A stretch of 42,099 bases of DNA from an uncultured beta proteobacterium (GCA_903933395.1 CAIZKA010000082.1:1-42099), one strand, 5' to 3'; shown: positions 9,658 through 19,273, numbered from the stretch's first letter. Made by a program: numbers and translations. Notes: a model not told the origin generated them from the letters alone.

Positions 9658-9974
9658 AGCCACAGCGCGACCAGCAGCATCAGCCGCCCGCCGCGGATTT
9701 CCTCGGTACCGGCCCAGCTTGGCAGCGCCGTCAGCACGATGCCGGCGATGATCGCCGCGGCGAAGCCGAAGATGAACTCGTGGCCGTGCTGCAACTTCAG
9801 CGGCACTTCGCCGGTCGGCAGGTTCCACAGGCCGAGATAGGCTCCCAGCCAAGCCGCGACCAGCAGCGGGGCATAGAGCGCGCCGAGAAAATAGAAGGGG
9901 CGGAAGGCGCTGGCCCGGAGAGAGGCGTCGGCAGGTGATCTCACACCGGCGTTTTGCAGTGTATGGTTGGTCAC
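9651..9974 (-). pseudogene. nnrS: 5' fragment of a second nnrS copy
   Basis: 9657-9916 aligns without gaps to 7087-7346 (20 mismatches in 260 nt by hand count). It is cut off after VALWL, where the ior remnant begins. Confidence 0.9.
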
Positions 9975-10013
9975 CGCGATGCCATCACCGACGATGCTCC
10001 ACCCGGCTATGCT

Positions 10014-10577
10014 TCAGAGCGAGCGGCCGCGCTCCAGGGCATCCAGATTGGCGGTCCGGTGAGCCTTCCCGCTCAGGGCCTCGGTCGCATCGCGAACTTC
10101 CTGGTAGCTGAAGGGAAAGTGTTCGCGGCTCGATCCGAAACCGAGCAGCACGAGGTTGGCAACCTGGGGGTTGTTCATCTTCAGCGCCATGGCGTCGGCA
10201 TTGCAGGCATGAATGGTCACTCCCATTTCGGCCAGCAAATCGGCCACCCGCCCGTCCGGAAACGCATGGACGCTCGGCGTATTGACCACGCACATCGCGC
10301 CTTTGCCGTTCTGCCGCGAGCGAAGATAGGGCAGGGTGCGGTGGGCCTCCGTGCAATCGAGCCCGAGCAGCAGGTCGGCATCGCCTTCGCACACCAGCGG
10401 ACTGTCGAAGGTGCCGATCTTGAGATGGGTCATGACCGAACCGCCGCGCTGGGCCATGCCGAATGTCTGGGAACCCAGCACAGGAAGCTTCTTGTGTCGA
10501 GCCATTTCCGTGAATACCTTGGCGGCAAAGAGCACGCCCTGTCCGCCGACCCCCGCGATGACTGTCTGGTATTTCAT
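10014..10577 (-). CDS. iorB: Indolepyruvate oxidoreductase beta subunit (2-oxoacid oxidoreductase gamma-domain family)
   Basis: Start MKYQTVIAGVGGQGV with GGAG RBS and ATGA overlap with the upstream gene; GMAQRGGSV motif; ANLVLLG. Confidence 0.9.
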   Translation of the reverse strand: MKYQTVIAGVGGQGVLFAAKVFTEMARHKKLPVLGSQTFGMAQRGGSVMTHLKIGTFDSPLVCEGDADLLLGLDCTEAHRTLPYLRSRQNGKGAMCVVNTPSVHAFPDGRVADLLAEMGVTIHACNADAMALKMNNPQVANLVLLGFGSSREHFPFSYQEVRDATEALSGKAHRTANLDALERGRSL

Positions 10578-13500
10578 GTCCGTATCTCCATTGGCCCTGC
10601 CTCTTGCGCGCGGATGGCGCCTTGTGCGCAGACCTGGATGCACATGCCGCAATCGATGCAGGTGCGCCGGTCGATATTCACCAGGCCATCTGCTCCCTTT
10701 ACCAGCGAAGGGCATTCGAACCAGGTGGTGCAATAGCCGCAGGCGATGCAGACGCCGGTCTGGGGCATGCTGATGGCGCTACGCGGGCATTCCGCCGCGC
10801 AGATGCGGCAGGCGGTGCACTTGCCGGCATCGATTTGATAGGCGCCGTCGACCTGCTTGATGGCGGCGCTCGGGCAGACATTGACGCAGATGTCGCAGCG
10901 GGTGCAGACACCGCAGTGGAAGCAGCGCTCGCGGGCTTCGGCGGCGGCTTCCGCGGACCCGAGGCCGAAATTGACTTCGTCGAAATTCCAGATGGAATCA
11001 TTCGGTGCGCGATGACGAAGTTCGGTGCGTGGCGTCTTGCGGAAGAACTGCAGCTTGATGGCCTGCGCATCGGGTACCGCTGCGGCCTGGCTGGCGCGTG
11101 GCGACGGACAGGCGGTGGCCTTGCCGTAGGCGATGGCCGTGGCGATGCCTGGGCCGGCGGCCAATTGCAGCGACGGCGCGTCCAGCGTCTTGCCGCTGAG
11201 GCGCTCGTGGATCGCCTGCGCGGCGCGCTTGCCGCCATTGATGGCGCCGACCACGGTGCCCGCTCCCGTGCTGGAAGCGTCGCCGCCGGCGAAGATGCGC
11301 GGCTGGCGGGTGCGGCCCCAGGCATCGACGGCCAGCCTGCCCTTGACGGCCAGATCCTGCGCCTCGAGATAGCTCAGGTCGGCGTCGCCGCCGATGCAGA
11401 CGAGGATGCTGTCGGCCTCGCTGCTGCCGGTCGAGAAGACCGGCGAATTCTTGCCGGCTTCCGGCTTCGGCACGGCCAGGTCGTGCAGCAGCAGCCTGAG
11501 CCTCCCCGTCGCACCGGGTTCGAAGCCGACCGGCACGGTCGCATGGTGAAAGATAATGCCTTCGTCACGTGCCGTGCCGATTTCTTCGGCAATGGCCAGC
11601 AGCACGTCGTAGTAGACATCGACCGCGGCACCTTTGCGGCGGGCGGTGCGGGCGGCGTCGATCGCCGTGTTGCCACCGCCGACTATTGCGACGCGGGCGC
11701 CGAGTTCCGGCGCCTGGCCTGTGCGCACCTGGTAGAGGTAGTCGAGGCCGCTATGCACGCCGGCGAGGTCTTCGCCGGCAATTTTCAGCCTGCGCTGCGC
11801 CCAGGCGCCGGTGGCCAGATACACGGCATCGTAGCGATCCAGTTCGGACCATGCCATGTCGCGGCCGAGGCGAACGCCGGTGTGCAGCTGGATGCCGAGC
11901 GCGTCGAATACCTCGAGTTCCCTTTGCAGCACATTGGCCGGCAGGCGGTATTCGGTGATCGCCCAGCGCAGCATGCCGCCGATTTCCGGCAGCGCTTCGT
12001 AGATCTCGACGCCATGGCCGAGGCGGGCGAGATGATAGGCAGCAGCCAGTCCCGAGGGCCCGCCGCCGACGATGGCGACGGTCTTGCCGCTTGCCGGCCC
12101 GCGAGTGGCGAAGGTCGCGGCGGAACGACCGCGGTCGCCGGCCATGCGTTCGATGGCGTTGATCGACAGAGCATCATCATAGGCGCCGCGGTTGCACTTG
12201 CTTTCACAGGGATGCGGGCAGACACGGCCGAGGCTGGAGGGGAAGGGGTGTTCCGCGTAGATGAGGCTGGCGGCGTCGGTCCAGTTGTCTGCGGCGGCCA
12301 GCGTCATCAGGCGCTCGATGTCGTTGCCGGCCGGGCAGGCCTCGGCGCAGGGCGACAGCTGGTCCTGGTGGCGCGGCATCCACTCGGCGTCGAGTGCGGA
12401 GGCCGTTCCCGGCGTCCGCGGGTGCGGGCCGTGGTGTATCTCGACGGGCAGGGCGGTCTTGTCCGGACCCAGGCCCTTCAGCTGCGTGACGCAGGCATAG
12501 CGCGCCAGCACGACCGCGATGCCGCCGTTTTCGGCGCGGGTGTGGTCGAGTGCGTCCAGCAGCTTGCGCTGGAATGTGGCCAGGTCATGGGGGTCGGCGT
12601 GCTCCAGATAGCTTATGCCGCAGCCCCGGATCAGGGTCTCCAGATGAACGATGCCACCGGCATGGCCGTCGGCCGTCTTGCCGAATTCGGGAGTCGGCTG
12701 CATGCCGGTCATGCCGGTGGTGCCGTTGTCGAGGACCAGAAGGACGAAGCGCGCCCCGTTGTACACGGCGTTCTCCAGTCCCGCTGCACCCGAATGATAG
12801 AAGGTGCCGTCGCCGATGGTGGCGAAGATCGGCGGCGATTTGCCGTCCTGGGCGTAGGCGTGGAAGAAGCCCGAGGCCATGGAAATCGATGCGCCCATGT
12901 CGTGCACCGTGTCCACCGATCCCTGGTTCAGGCCCAGCGTGTAGCAGCCGATGTCGCCGGGGAAGATGGCTTCGGGAAACGCCCGCCGCAAGGAATAGAA
13001 GGTCGAGCGATGGCCGCAGCCGGGGCAGAAGGTCGGACGCCGGACGGGCAGCTCCATCCCGGCCACGGCTTCCTGCATGCGGTTGGCGGGCCGCTCATTG
13101 GCTGCAAGGCCAGCCTCGCGGGCGGCGGACACGAGCAGTTTTTCGATGACGCCGGGCGTCAGCTCGCCATGCGAGGGAATATGCCCCGTAAGCCGTCCCC
13201 ACACCGGGATCGGCAGCCGGACCTGCAGTTCGACGGCGGCGTCGGTTTCTTCGAACACGATGAGCCGTTCGCAGCGGCCGGCAAAATCCCCGACCAGCTT
13301 GCGCGGCAGCGGATAGGCCGTGGCGATTTTCAGCAGCGGCAACCGGTCCGCCAGTCCGAGCGAGGCAAGCTGGTCCTTCAGATAGGCGTAACAGACGCCT
13401 GCGGCGACGATGCCCAGCGGCGCGCGCTGCTGTGTCGTACCTGCCGGGAAGAAGGCATGGTTGCCCGGCCAGGTTTCGAACTCCTTTTCGATGGCCGCCA

Positions 13501-14155
13501 GTTTCTGGTTCAACTGCTGGTGCAAAGCCATCCTGGCACGCGGTGTCGCCGCCCAGCGCCGGGGATTTTTCTCGAAGTCGGCGGGGCGAAACGGCGCAGC
13601 CACGGCTTTGCATTCGATCGACTGCTCGGAGTGGCAAACGCGCACCGTCGGCCGCAGCAGCACGGGAATCTGATGGCGCTCGGAAAGTTCGAAGGCCAGC
13701 GCCACCATGTCCTTGGCTTCCTGCGGACTGGCGGGGTCGAGCGCCGGCAATTTGGAAAACAGCGCGAACAGCCGGGAGTCCTGCTCGGTCTGCGACGAGT
13801 GCAGACCGGGATCATCGGCCACGATCAGCACCAGGCCGCCGACCACGCCGATATAGGCGGAGGAAAGGGCCGGGTCCGCGGCCACGTTGAGGCCCACCTG
13901 CTTCATCGCGACGGCGGCGCGCTTGCCCGAGTAGGCGGCGGCAAGGGCGGTCTCCAACGCCACTTTTTCGTTGGTCGACCATTCGGCGTATAGGTCGAGT
14001 CCAAGTTCTTTCCTGAATTCGACCACGGCCGGCAATATTTCGGAACTGGGCGTGCCGGGGTAGGCCGTCATGAACTGGCACCCGGCTTCAACGAGGCCCC
14101 TGGATATGGCCTCGTTGCCGAGCAAGATGCGATGATCCGCCGTTTTCATGTCCAT
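10574..14155 (-). CDS. iorA: Indolepyruvate oxidoreductase alpha subunit with inserted GltD-like FAD/NAD(P)-binding module and extra ferredoxin domain
   Basis: LLGNEAI, YPGTPSSE, NEKVALE, KQVGLNVAAD, CPGCGH, GDIGC, GDGTFYH (ThDP). Then GltD-type PCAEACPAG, GRVCPHPCESKC, GGGPSG, GGGNTAID, AGGD, followed by multiple CxxCxxC motifs. GGAGGAGG RBS. Confidence 0.88.
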   Translation of the reverse strand: MDMKTADHRILLGNEAISRGLVEAGCQFMTAYPGTPSSEILPAVVEFRKELGLDLYAEWSTNEKVALETALAAAYSGKRAAVAMKQVGLNVAADPALSSAYIGVVGGLVLIVADDPGLHSSQTEQDSRLFALFSKLPALDPASPQEAKDMVALAFELSERHQIPVLLRPTVRVCHSEQSIECKAVAAPFRPADFEKNPRRWAATPRARMALHQQLNQKLAAIEKEFETWPGNHAFFPAGTTQQRAPLGIVAAGVCYAYLKDQLASLGLADRLPLLKIATAYPLPRKLVGDFAGRCERLIVFEETDAAVELQVRLPIPVWGRLTGHIPSHGELTPGVIEKLLVSAAREAGLAANERPANRMQEAVAGMELPVRRPTFCPGCGHRSTFYSLRRAFPEAIFPGDIGCYTLGLNQGSVDTVHDMGASISMASGFFHAYAQDGKSPPIFATIGDGTFYHSGAAGLENAVYNGARFVLLVLDNGTTGMTGMQPTPEFGKTADGHAGGIVHLETLIRGCGISYLEHADPHDLATFQRKLLDALDHTRAENGGIAVVLARYACVTQLKGLGPDKTALPVEIHHGPHPRTPGTASALDAEWMPRHQDQLSPCAEACPAGNDIERLMTLAAADNWTDAASLIYAEHPFPSSLGRVCPHPCESKCNRGAYDDALSINAIERMAGDRGRSAATFATRGPASGKTVAIVGGGPSGLAAAYHLARLGHGVEIYEALPEIGGMLRWAITEYRLPANVLQRELEVFDALGIQLHTGVRLGRDMAWSELDRYDAVYLATGAWAQRRLKIAGEDLAGVHSGLDYLYQVRTGQAPELGARVAIVGGGNTAIDAARTARRKGAAVDVYYDVLLAIAEEIGTARDEGIIFHHATVPVGFEPGATGRLRLLLHDLAVPKPEAGKNSPVFSTGSSEADSILVCIGGDADLSYLEAQDLAVKGRLAVDAWGRTRQPRIFAGGDASSTGAGTVVGAINGGKRAAQAIHERLSGKTLDAPSLQLAAGPGIATAIAYGKATACPSPRASQAAAVPDAQAIKLQFFRKTPRTELRHRAPNDSIWNFDEVNFGLGSAEAAAEARERCFHCGVCTRCDICVNVCPSAAIKQVDGAYQIDAGKCTACRICAAECPRSAISMPQTGVCIACGYCTTWFECPSLVKGADGLVNIDRRTCIDCGMCIQVCAQGAIRAQEAGPMEIRT

Positions 14156-14208
14156 GTTCTGCCTCCTCCTGTGTCAAGCCGTTCGACTTGAGTGGTGAAT
14201 CCGGCGGC

Positions 14209-17200
14209 TTAAGCCGTCTGTTCTGATGCGGTGTTCTGGCTGCGGAATTGCGCCAGCAGTGCTGCGTGTTTTGCCCGGGCCTCGCCGACGGACCGGTCTT
14301 TTACCGGGCCGTAGCCGCGGATGATTTCCGGCACGCTGGCGAGCCCTATCGCGGTGTCCATCCGGCTGTGATCCGGCGTGCCGAGGAGCATGTCCATGGT
14401 CGCTTCATAGTCGGCAATGAGTTGCCTTTCCTGCCGCCGTTCGGCGCTGAAGCCGAAGGGATCGAACGGGGTGCCGCGCAGAAACTTCAGGCCGGCAAGC
14501 GCTTTCATGGCGGGCAGCAACCAGGGACCGAAGCGGATCTTCTTCGGCTCGTCACCCGGTTTGGCGCCGCGGCTCCAGGGCAGGGTCATGTGGAAGTTCA
14601 GGCGGTAGTCGCCTTCGAAGCTGGCTGCCAGCGATTCCTGGAATTCCGGCGCGACGAACAGCCGGGCGACTTCGAATTCATCCTTGTAGGCCAGCAGCTT
14701 GAAGTAATTGCGCGCCACGGCTTCTGCCAGCGCCGTATCGCCAGCGCCGACCTTTCTTGCCCGCTCCACCAGATCGACGTAACGTCGGGCATAGTCGGCA
14801 TCCTGATAGGCCGTCAGGTAGTCGCGGCGGCGTGCGACGGTTTCGTCGAGATCGAGGGACAGCCGGTGTGTCGTTGCGGCAGCTGCGCCGGCGGCGACCA
14901 GCGCTTCGACGCCGGCCGCATCGAGGGCTGCTCGCCGTCCCCAGGAAAACGCGCGCCGATTCTCTTCTACAGCGGCGCCGTTGAGTTCAATCGCGCGCAG
15001 CAGGGCCTCTGACGAGAGCGGAATGAGGCCAAGCTGAAAGGCGTGGCCGAGCATGAAGATGTTGGTGGCGATCGAGTTGCCCATCAGGCGCTCGGCAAGG
15101 TGGCTGGCGTCGATGAATGTCGAGGCGTCGGCGCCGACGGCATCGACTATCGAGGTTTCCATCGCCCCTTCCGGAAACGCCCTGTCGGGGTTGCGGATGA
15201 ATTCGCCGGTGATCGTCCTGCCGGTATTGACGATCGCCCGGGTGACGCCGCTTGCCGTCCTGGCAAGTACCTCGTCGCTCACCGCCACGACAATGTCGCA
15301 AGCGAGCAGGAGCCGCGCCTCGCCGGTGGCAATGCGGACGGAATGGAGCTGGTCCTGGCGATTGGCCAGGCGCACGTGCGACATCACCGCGCCGCCCTTC
15401 TGGGCGAGGCCCGTCATGTCGAGCACCGTTGCGCCCTTGCCTTCGAGGTGTGCGGCCATGCCGAGCAGGGCCCCGATGGTGACGACGCCGGTGCCGCCGA
15501 CGCCGGCTATGAGGATGCCGTAGGGATCACGCAGGCCGTGGGGCAAGGGTTCGGGCAGGTCGGCGAAGTCGCCCGCGTCCGGCTGCAGGCCCTGGCCGCG
15601 GCGCACTGCGCCGCCGTGTACGGTGACGATGCTCGGGCAGAAGCCCGTGACACAGGAATAGTCCTTGTTGCAGGCGTGCTGGTCGATGGCCCGCTTGCGG
15701 CCGAATTCCGTCTCGACCGGAATCACGGCCAGGCAGTTCGACTTGACGCTGCAATCGCCGCAGCCCTCGCAGACCATTTCGTTGATGAAGACGCGCACGG
15801 CGGGATCGGCAAACTTGCCGCGCTTGCGCCGCCGGCGCTTTTCCGCGGCGCAGGTCTGGTCGTAGATCAGCGCGGTGACGCCCGGGGTGTCGCGCAGGTC
15901 GCGCTGGGCGGCGTCGAGTTCGTCGCGATGGCGGATCTCGATACCGGGTGCGAAGTCGGTGACGCCCTTGTATTTTTCCGGCTCGTCGGACATCACGATG
16001 ATGCGTTTGACGTCTTCCGCGGCAAGCTGGCGCGTCAGTTGCGGCACCGTCAGCGTGCCGTCCAGCGGCTGGCCGCCGGTCATGGCGACGGCGTCGTTGA
16101 AGAGCAGCTTGTACGTAATGTTGATTTTTCCGGCGACGGCGGCGCGGATCGCCAGGATTCCGGAATGGAAGTAGGTGCCGTCGCCCATGTTGGCGAAGAT
16201 GTGCTGCGTGCCGCTATGGCCGGAAACGCCCAGCCAGGCGGCGCCTTCGCCGCCCATGTGGCAAATGGTCAGCGTATTGCGGCCCATCGCCACGGCCATC
16301 AGGTGGCAGCCGACGCCACCCAGGGCAACACTGCCGGCGGGTACTTTGGTCGACTGGTTGTGCGGGCAGCCGGGGCAGAACCACGGGGTGCGCGTCAGCG
16401 TTGTCCGGGGCCTGGCGAGGGTGCTGGCCTGCTTGTCGAGGAAGGCGATGTGATCCGAAATGCGGCTCGAGCTGTGGAAGCGACCGATGCGCGAGGCGAT
16501 GGCGCGGGCGACCAGTGCCGGCGTCAGCTCGGCAGTAGGGGCCAGCAGCCAGCGGCTGACCGGCACCGGCCACTCGCCGGATTCGTCGTACTTGCCGACG
16601 ATGCGGGGACGCACCTCCCTGCCACTCTTGTCCGTCCAGTTGTAGAGCATTTCCTTCAACTGGTACTCGATGATCTGGCGCTTCTCCTCGACCACCAGTA
16701 TTTCTTCCAGACCCTCGGCGAACTGCCGTATCGAGTCGGCTTCGAGCGGCCAGGGCATGCCCACCTTGAACAGGCGCAGGCCGATTTCGGCGGCATAGCG
16801 CTCGTCGATGCACAGGTCGTCGAGCGCCTGGCGCACGTCGAGGTAGGCCTTGCCGCAGGCGATGATGCCCAGGCGCGGGCGCGGGCTGTCGAAGACCATG
16901 CGGTTGAGCCGGTTGGCGCGGGCGTAGGCGATCGCGGCGTAGACCTTGAACTCCTGCAGCCGGTGTTCCTGCGCCAGTTGCGGATCGGGCCAGCGGATAT
17001 GCACGCCGTCCGGCGGCAGGCGGAAATCTTCTGGGATCGCGAACTGCATGCGGTCCGGGTCGATGTCCACGACGGCCGAACTTTCGGCGGTATCCGAGGT
17101 CAGTTTCAGCGCCACCCAGCAACCGGAGTAGCGCGACATGGCCCAGCCGTGCAGGCCGAAGTCGAGGTATTCCTGCAAGTCGGCCGGGGCCAGCACCGGG

Positions 17201-17703
17201 ATGCCGCAGGCGGAAAACATGTGCTCGCTCTGGTGGGCCACGGCCGATGAACGCGCGGCGGGGTCGTCGCCGGCAACCAGCAGCACGCCGCCATGCTTTG
17301 CCGTGCCGGCATGGTTGGCGTGCTTGAAGACGTCGCCGCAGCGGTCCACCCCCGGCCCTTTGCCGTACCACATGGAGAAGATGCCGTCGAACTTCGGTTG
17401 CGGAAACAGGTGCAGCTGCTGTGTGCCCCAGATGGCGGTGGCGGCGATGTCCTCGTTGAGTCCAGGCTGAAAGCTGATGTCGTGCTGCTTGAGAAAGGGC
17501 CCGGCGGCATGCAGCGCGGTATCCAGGCCGCCCAGCGGCGAACCGCGATAGCCGGAGATGTAGCCGGCGGTATGCAGGCCGGCACGGCGGTCCAATTCGT
17601 GCTGCAGCATGGGCAGGCGCGTCAGTGCCTGCATGCCCGTGAGGAAGACGCGACCCCGGTCCAGGCGGTACTTGTCTTCGAGTGAAATATTTGCCAGTTT
17701 CAT
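14209..17703 (-). CDS. Single-chain indolepyruvate:ferredoxin oxidoreductase family protein (alpha+beta fused, proteobacterial type)
   Basis: SLEDKY start region, GYRGSPLGG, NEDIAATA, WYGKGPGVDR, FCPGCPHN, GDGTYFHSG, CEGCGDC, GVGGTGV, GLAQKGG, YKDEFEVARL. Start at 17703 (or 17709) after AGAGGGG. Confidence 0.92.
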   Translation of the reverse strand: MKLANISLEDKYRLDRGRVFLTGMQALTRLPMLQHELDRRAGLHTAGYISGYRGSPLGGLDTALHAAGPFLKQHDISFQPGLNEDIAATAIWGTQQLHLFPQPKFDGIFSMWYGKGPGVDRCGDVFKHANHAGTAKHGGVLLVAGDDPAARSSAVAHQSEHMFSACGIPVLAPADLQEYLDFGLHGWAMSRYSGCWVALKLTSDTAESSAVVDIDPDRMQFAIPEDFRLPPDGVHIRWPDPQLAQEHRLQEFKVYAAIAYARANRLNRMVFDSPRPRLGIIACGKAYLDVRQALDDLCIDERYAAEIGLRLFKVGMPWPLEADSIRQFAEGLEEILVVEEKRQIIEYQLKEMLYNWTDKSGREVRPRIVGKYDESGEWPVPVSRWLLAPTAELTPALVARAIASRIGRFHSSSRISDHIAFLDKQASTLARPRTTLTRTPWFCPGCPHNQSTKVPAGSVALGGVGCHLMAVAMGRNTLTICHMGGEGAAWLGVSGHSGTQHIFANMGDGTYFHSGILAIRAAVAGKINITYKLLFNDAVAMTGGQPLDGTLTVPQLTRQLAAEDVKRIIVMSDEPEKYKGVTDFAPGIEIRHRDELDAAQRDLRDTPGVTALIYDQTCAAEKRRRRKRGKFADPAVRVFINEMVCEGCGDCSVKSNCLAVIPVETEFGRKRAIDQHACNKDYSCVTGFCPSIVTVHGGAVRRGQGLQPDAGDFADLPEPLPHGLRDPYGILIAGVGGTGVVTIGALLGMAAHLEGKGATVLDMTGLAQKGGAVMSHVRLANRQDQLHSVRIATGEARLLLACDIVVAVSDEVLARTASGVTRAIVNTGRTITGEFIRNPDRAFPEGAMETSIVDAVGADASTFIDASHLAERLMGNSIATNIFMLGHAFQLGLIPLSSEALLRAIELNGAAVEENRRAFSWGRRAALDAAGVEALVAAGAAAATTHRLSLDLDETVARRRDYLTAYQDADYARRYVDLVERARKVGAGDTALAEAVARNYFKLLAYKDEFEVARLFVAPEFQESLAASFEGDYRLNFHMTLPWSRGAKPGDEPKKIRFGPWLLPAMKALAGLKFLRGTPFDPFGFSAERRQERQLIADYEATMDMLLGTPDHSRMDTAIGLASVPEIIRGYGPVKDRSVGEARAKHAALLAQFRSQNTASEQTA

Positions 17704-17739
17704 TTCCATTCCCCTCTGTGCCGGCCAGCGCGCTCGTGC

Positions 17740-17755
17740 AGCATTTTGTGCGCCG
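17740..17755 (-). promoter_or_regulatory. Possible sigma-54 promoter for the ior genes
   Basis: Minus strand CGGCGCACAAAATGCT: GG-N10-GC spacing of the -24/-12 element, about 37 nt upstream of the ATG. Imperfect match to consensus. Confidence 0.35.
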
Positions 17756-17955
17756 TCCTTCACATGCACGACCCGTGGCGGGTCGCAGCGCTCAATCTTC
17801 CGGGCGAAAGCGGGAAGATCGGGAGCCGTGGGTGGTCGTGCACCACCACGTTCTGTAACGCGCCGAAATTCTGTGGGAATGGGTCATGAACGGGCCGACT
17901 GGTTTATGCGGCCGCTAGGTTAAAACAATGTTTTTTGCGTATGACATGAAATCGC

Positions 17956-19152
17956 TCATCCACCGGCGATGACGCCTTGGTCCTTGAGGCTTGCACACTC
18001 CGCCGCCGTGAGTCCGGCGCTCGTGAGTACCGCCAGGGTGTCCTGCCCGTATTTGGCGGGAAAGCTCATTTCGGTGGCCACGCCGGGAATATCCACTGCC
18101 ATCGGCTGCATGCGCAGGGGCTTGCCTTCCGGCGTTCGCGTCGTTGTCAGGCGGCTGCTGACGGCCGGCATCTTGCTCACTGCCGGGATGTCGTGGATCG
18201 GCGCATGCGGGATGGTGGCTTTGCAAAATTCCGCGGCAATGTCAGCGGTGGCGAGACGGCGAGTCACTGCCGTCATGTCGCGGTGGATCGCCTCGCGTTC
18301 CTGGTGGCGGCCTTCGTTGGTGACGCGGATGGCATTGGCCACGGAGGCGAAGCAGGGGATCTCGGTCAGACGCCGCCACTGCACGTCGCTGCCGATGGCC
18401 ATGTAGATGAAGCCATCGGCCGTGGGATATACATTGGTCGGGATGAACTTGCGATGCTCGTTGCCGCAGCGGGTAATCTCCGACGGATCGCAGTCGAAGT
18501 CGAGGAGCGGCAGGGTTGTAATCAGCCAGGAAGCGGCCGCCTGCAGCATCGAGACATCGATGCGGCTGCCTTTCCCCGTCTCGGCGCGTTCCAGTAGCGC
18601 CATCATGACGCCGGCGTAGACCTCGTCGCCGGCCTTGAGGTCGATCAGCGGCACGCCGGACAAGGTCGGCGGGCCGTCGGCGGGGCCGGTCAGTTCCATG
18701 TAGCCGGCCATGGCCTGGATCACCGGGTCGTAGCCGGGCGCATCGGGATATTCCGGGCCCATGGCCGAGATGCCGGCCCAGATCAGGTCCGGCTTCACGG
18801 CGGAGAGGCTCTCGTAGTCGATGCCCAGCTGCTTGTAGCGCTTGGGCACGGTGTTGCAGCAGAAGACATCGACATCGAGTTCGACGATCAGCTTGCGCAA
18901 CAACTCCTGGCCCTTCGGGTCCTTGAGGTTGATGGCGATGGCTTCCTTGCCGACGTTGGGCGCGATGAAATAGCTGCGGCGGTCATCATCGACGACCTTG
19001 CCGCCGATGTAGCGGTTGGGGTCACCCGGCAGGCCGTCGCCGCAGGGCGTCGACTCGATGCGGATCACGCGCCAGCCGAGCTGGGCGAAGCGCAGTGTGG
19101 CGTAGGGCAGCGACAAGGCCTGCTCCATGGAAAGCACGGTACGGCGCTTCAT
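17956..19152 (-). CDS. iaaL: Family III (CaiB/BaiF) CoA transferase, IaaL-like
   Basis: [47 protein letters not shown], catalytic Asp in LIDLKAG. Position after the Mo-enzyme genes as in iaa clusters. GGAG RBS before 19152. Confidence 0.82.
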   Translation of the reverse strand: MKRRTVLSMEQALSLPYATLRFAQLGWRVIRIESTPCGDGLPGDPNRYIGGKVVDDDRRSYFIAPNVGKEAIAINLKDPKGQELLRKLIVELDVDVFCCNTVPKRYKQLGIDYESLSAVKPDLIWAGISAMGPEYPDAPGYDPVIQAMAGYMELTGPADGPPTLSGVPLIDLKAGDEVYAGVMMALLERAETGKGSRIDVSMLQAAASWLITTLPLLDFDCDPSEITRCGNEHRKFIPTNVYPTADGFIYMAIGSDVQWRRLTEIPCFASVANAIRVTNEGRHQEREAIHRDMTAVTRRLATADIAAEFCKATIPHAPIHDIPAVSKMPAVSSRLTTTRTPEGKPLRMQPMAVDIPGVATEMSFPAKYGQDTLAVLTSAGLTAAECASLKDQGVIAGG

Positions 19153-19163
19153 GCGGGCTCCGA

Positions 19164-19238
19164 CGTCATTCCGGCGGACGCCGGAATCCAGGGGTTTGCG
19201 GCCCACCGTTCTGGATTCCGGCTTTCGCCGGAATGACG
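19164..19238. repeat. REP-like doublet palindrome (GTCATTCC...GGAATGAC family)
   Basis: CGTCATTCCGGCGGACGCCGGAATCCAG ... CTGGATTCCGGCTTTCGCCGGAATGACG: two internal hairpins forming a larger inverted repeat. Confidence 0.85.
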
Positions 19239-19273
19239 AAATGGGAGGGGATTGTTGCGCGGGCGCTTCATGC

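Noticed and set aside
9178-9840. 220-aa plus-strand ORF
   Set aside because: Antisense shadow of the ior and nnrS remnants.
10604-13993. Very long antisense ORFs (1129 aa here; also 1613-3277, 15043-17250, 19127-21742, 23418-25079, 26222-28027, 28183-30129)
   Set aside because: They are codon-register shadows of real genes on the other strand, expected at high GC3, and show no recognisable motifs.
17704-17955. TPP or cobalamin riboswitch upstream of the ThDP- and B12-dependent genes (also checked 33770-34017)
   Set aside because: No CTGAGA/ACCTGA core of the TPP aptamer and no B12-box-like sequence seen.
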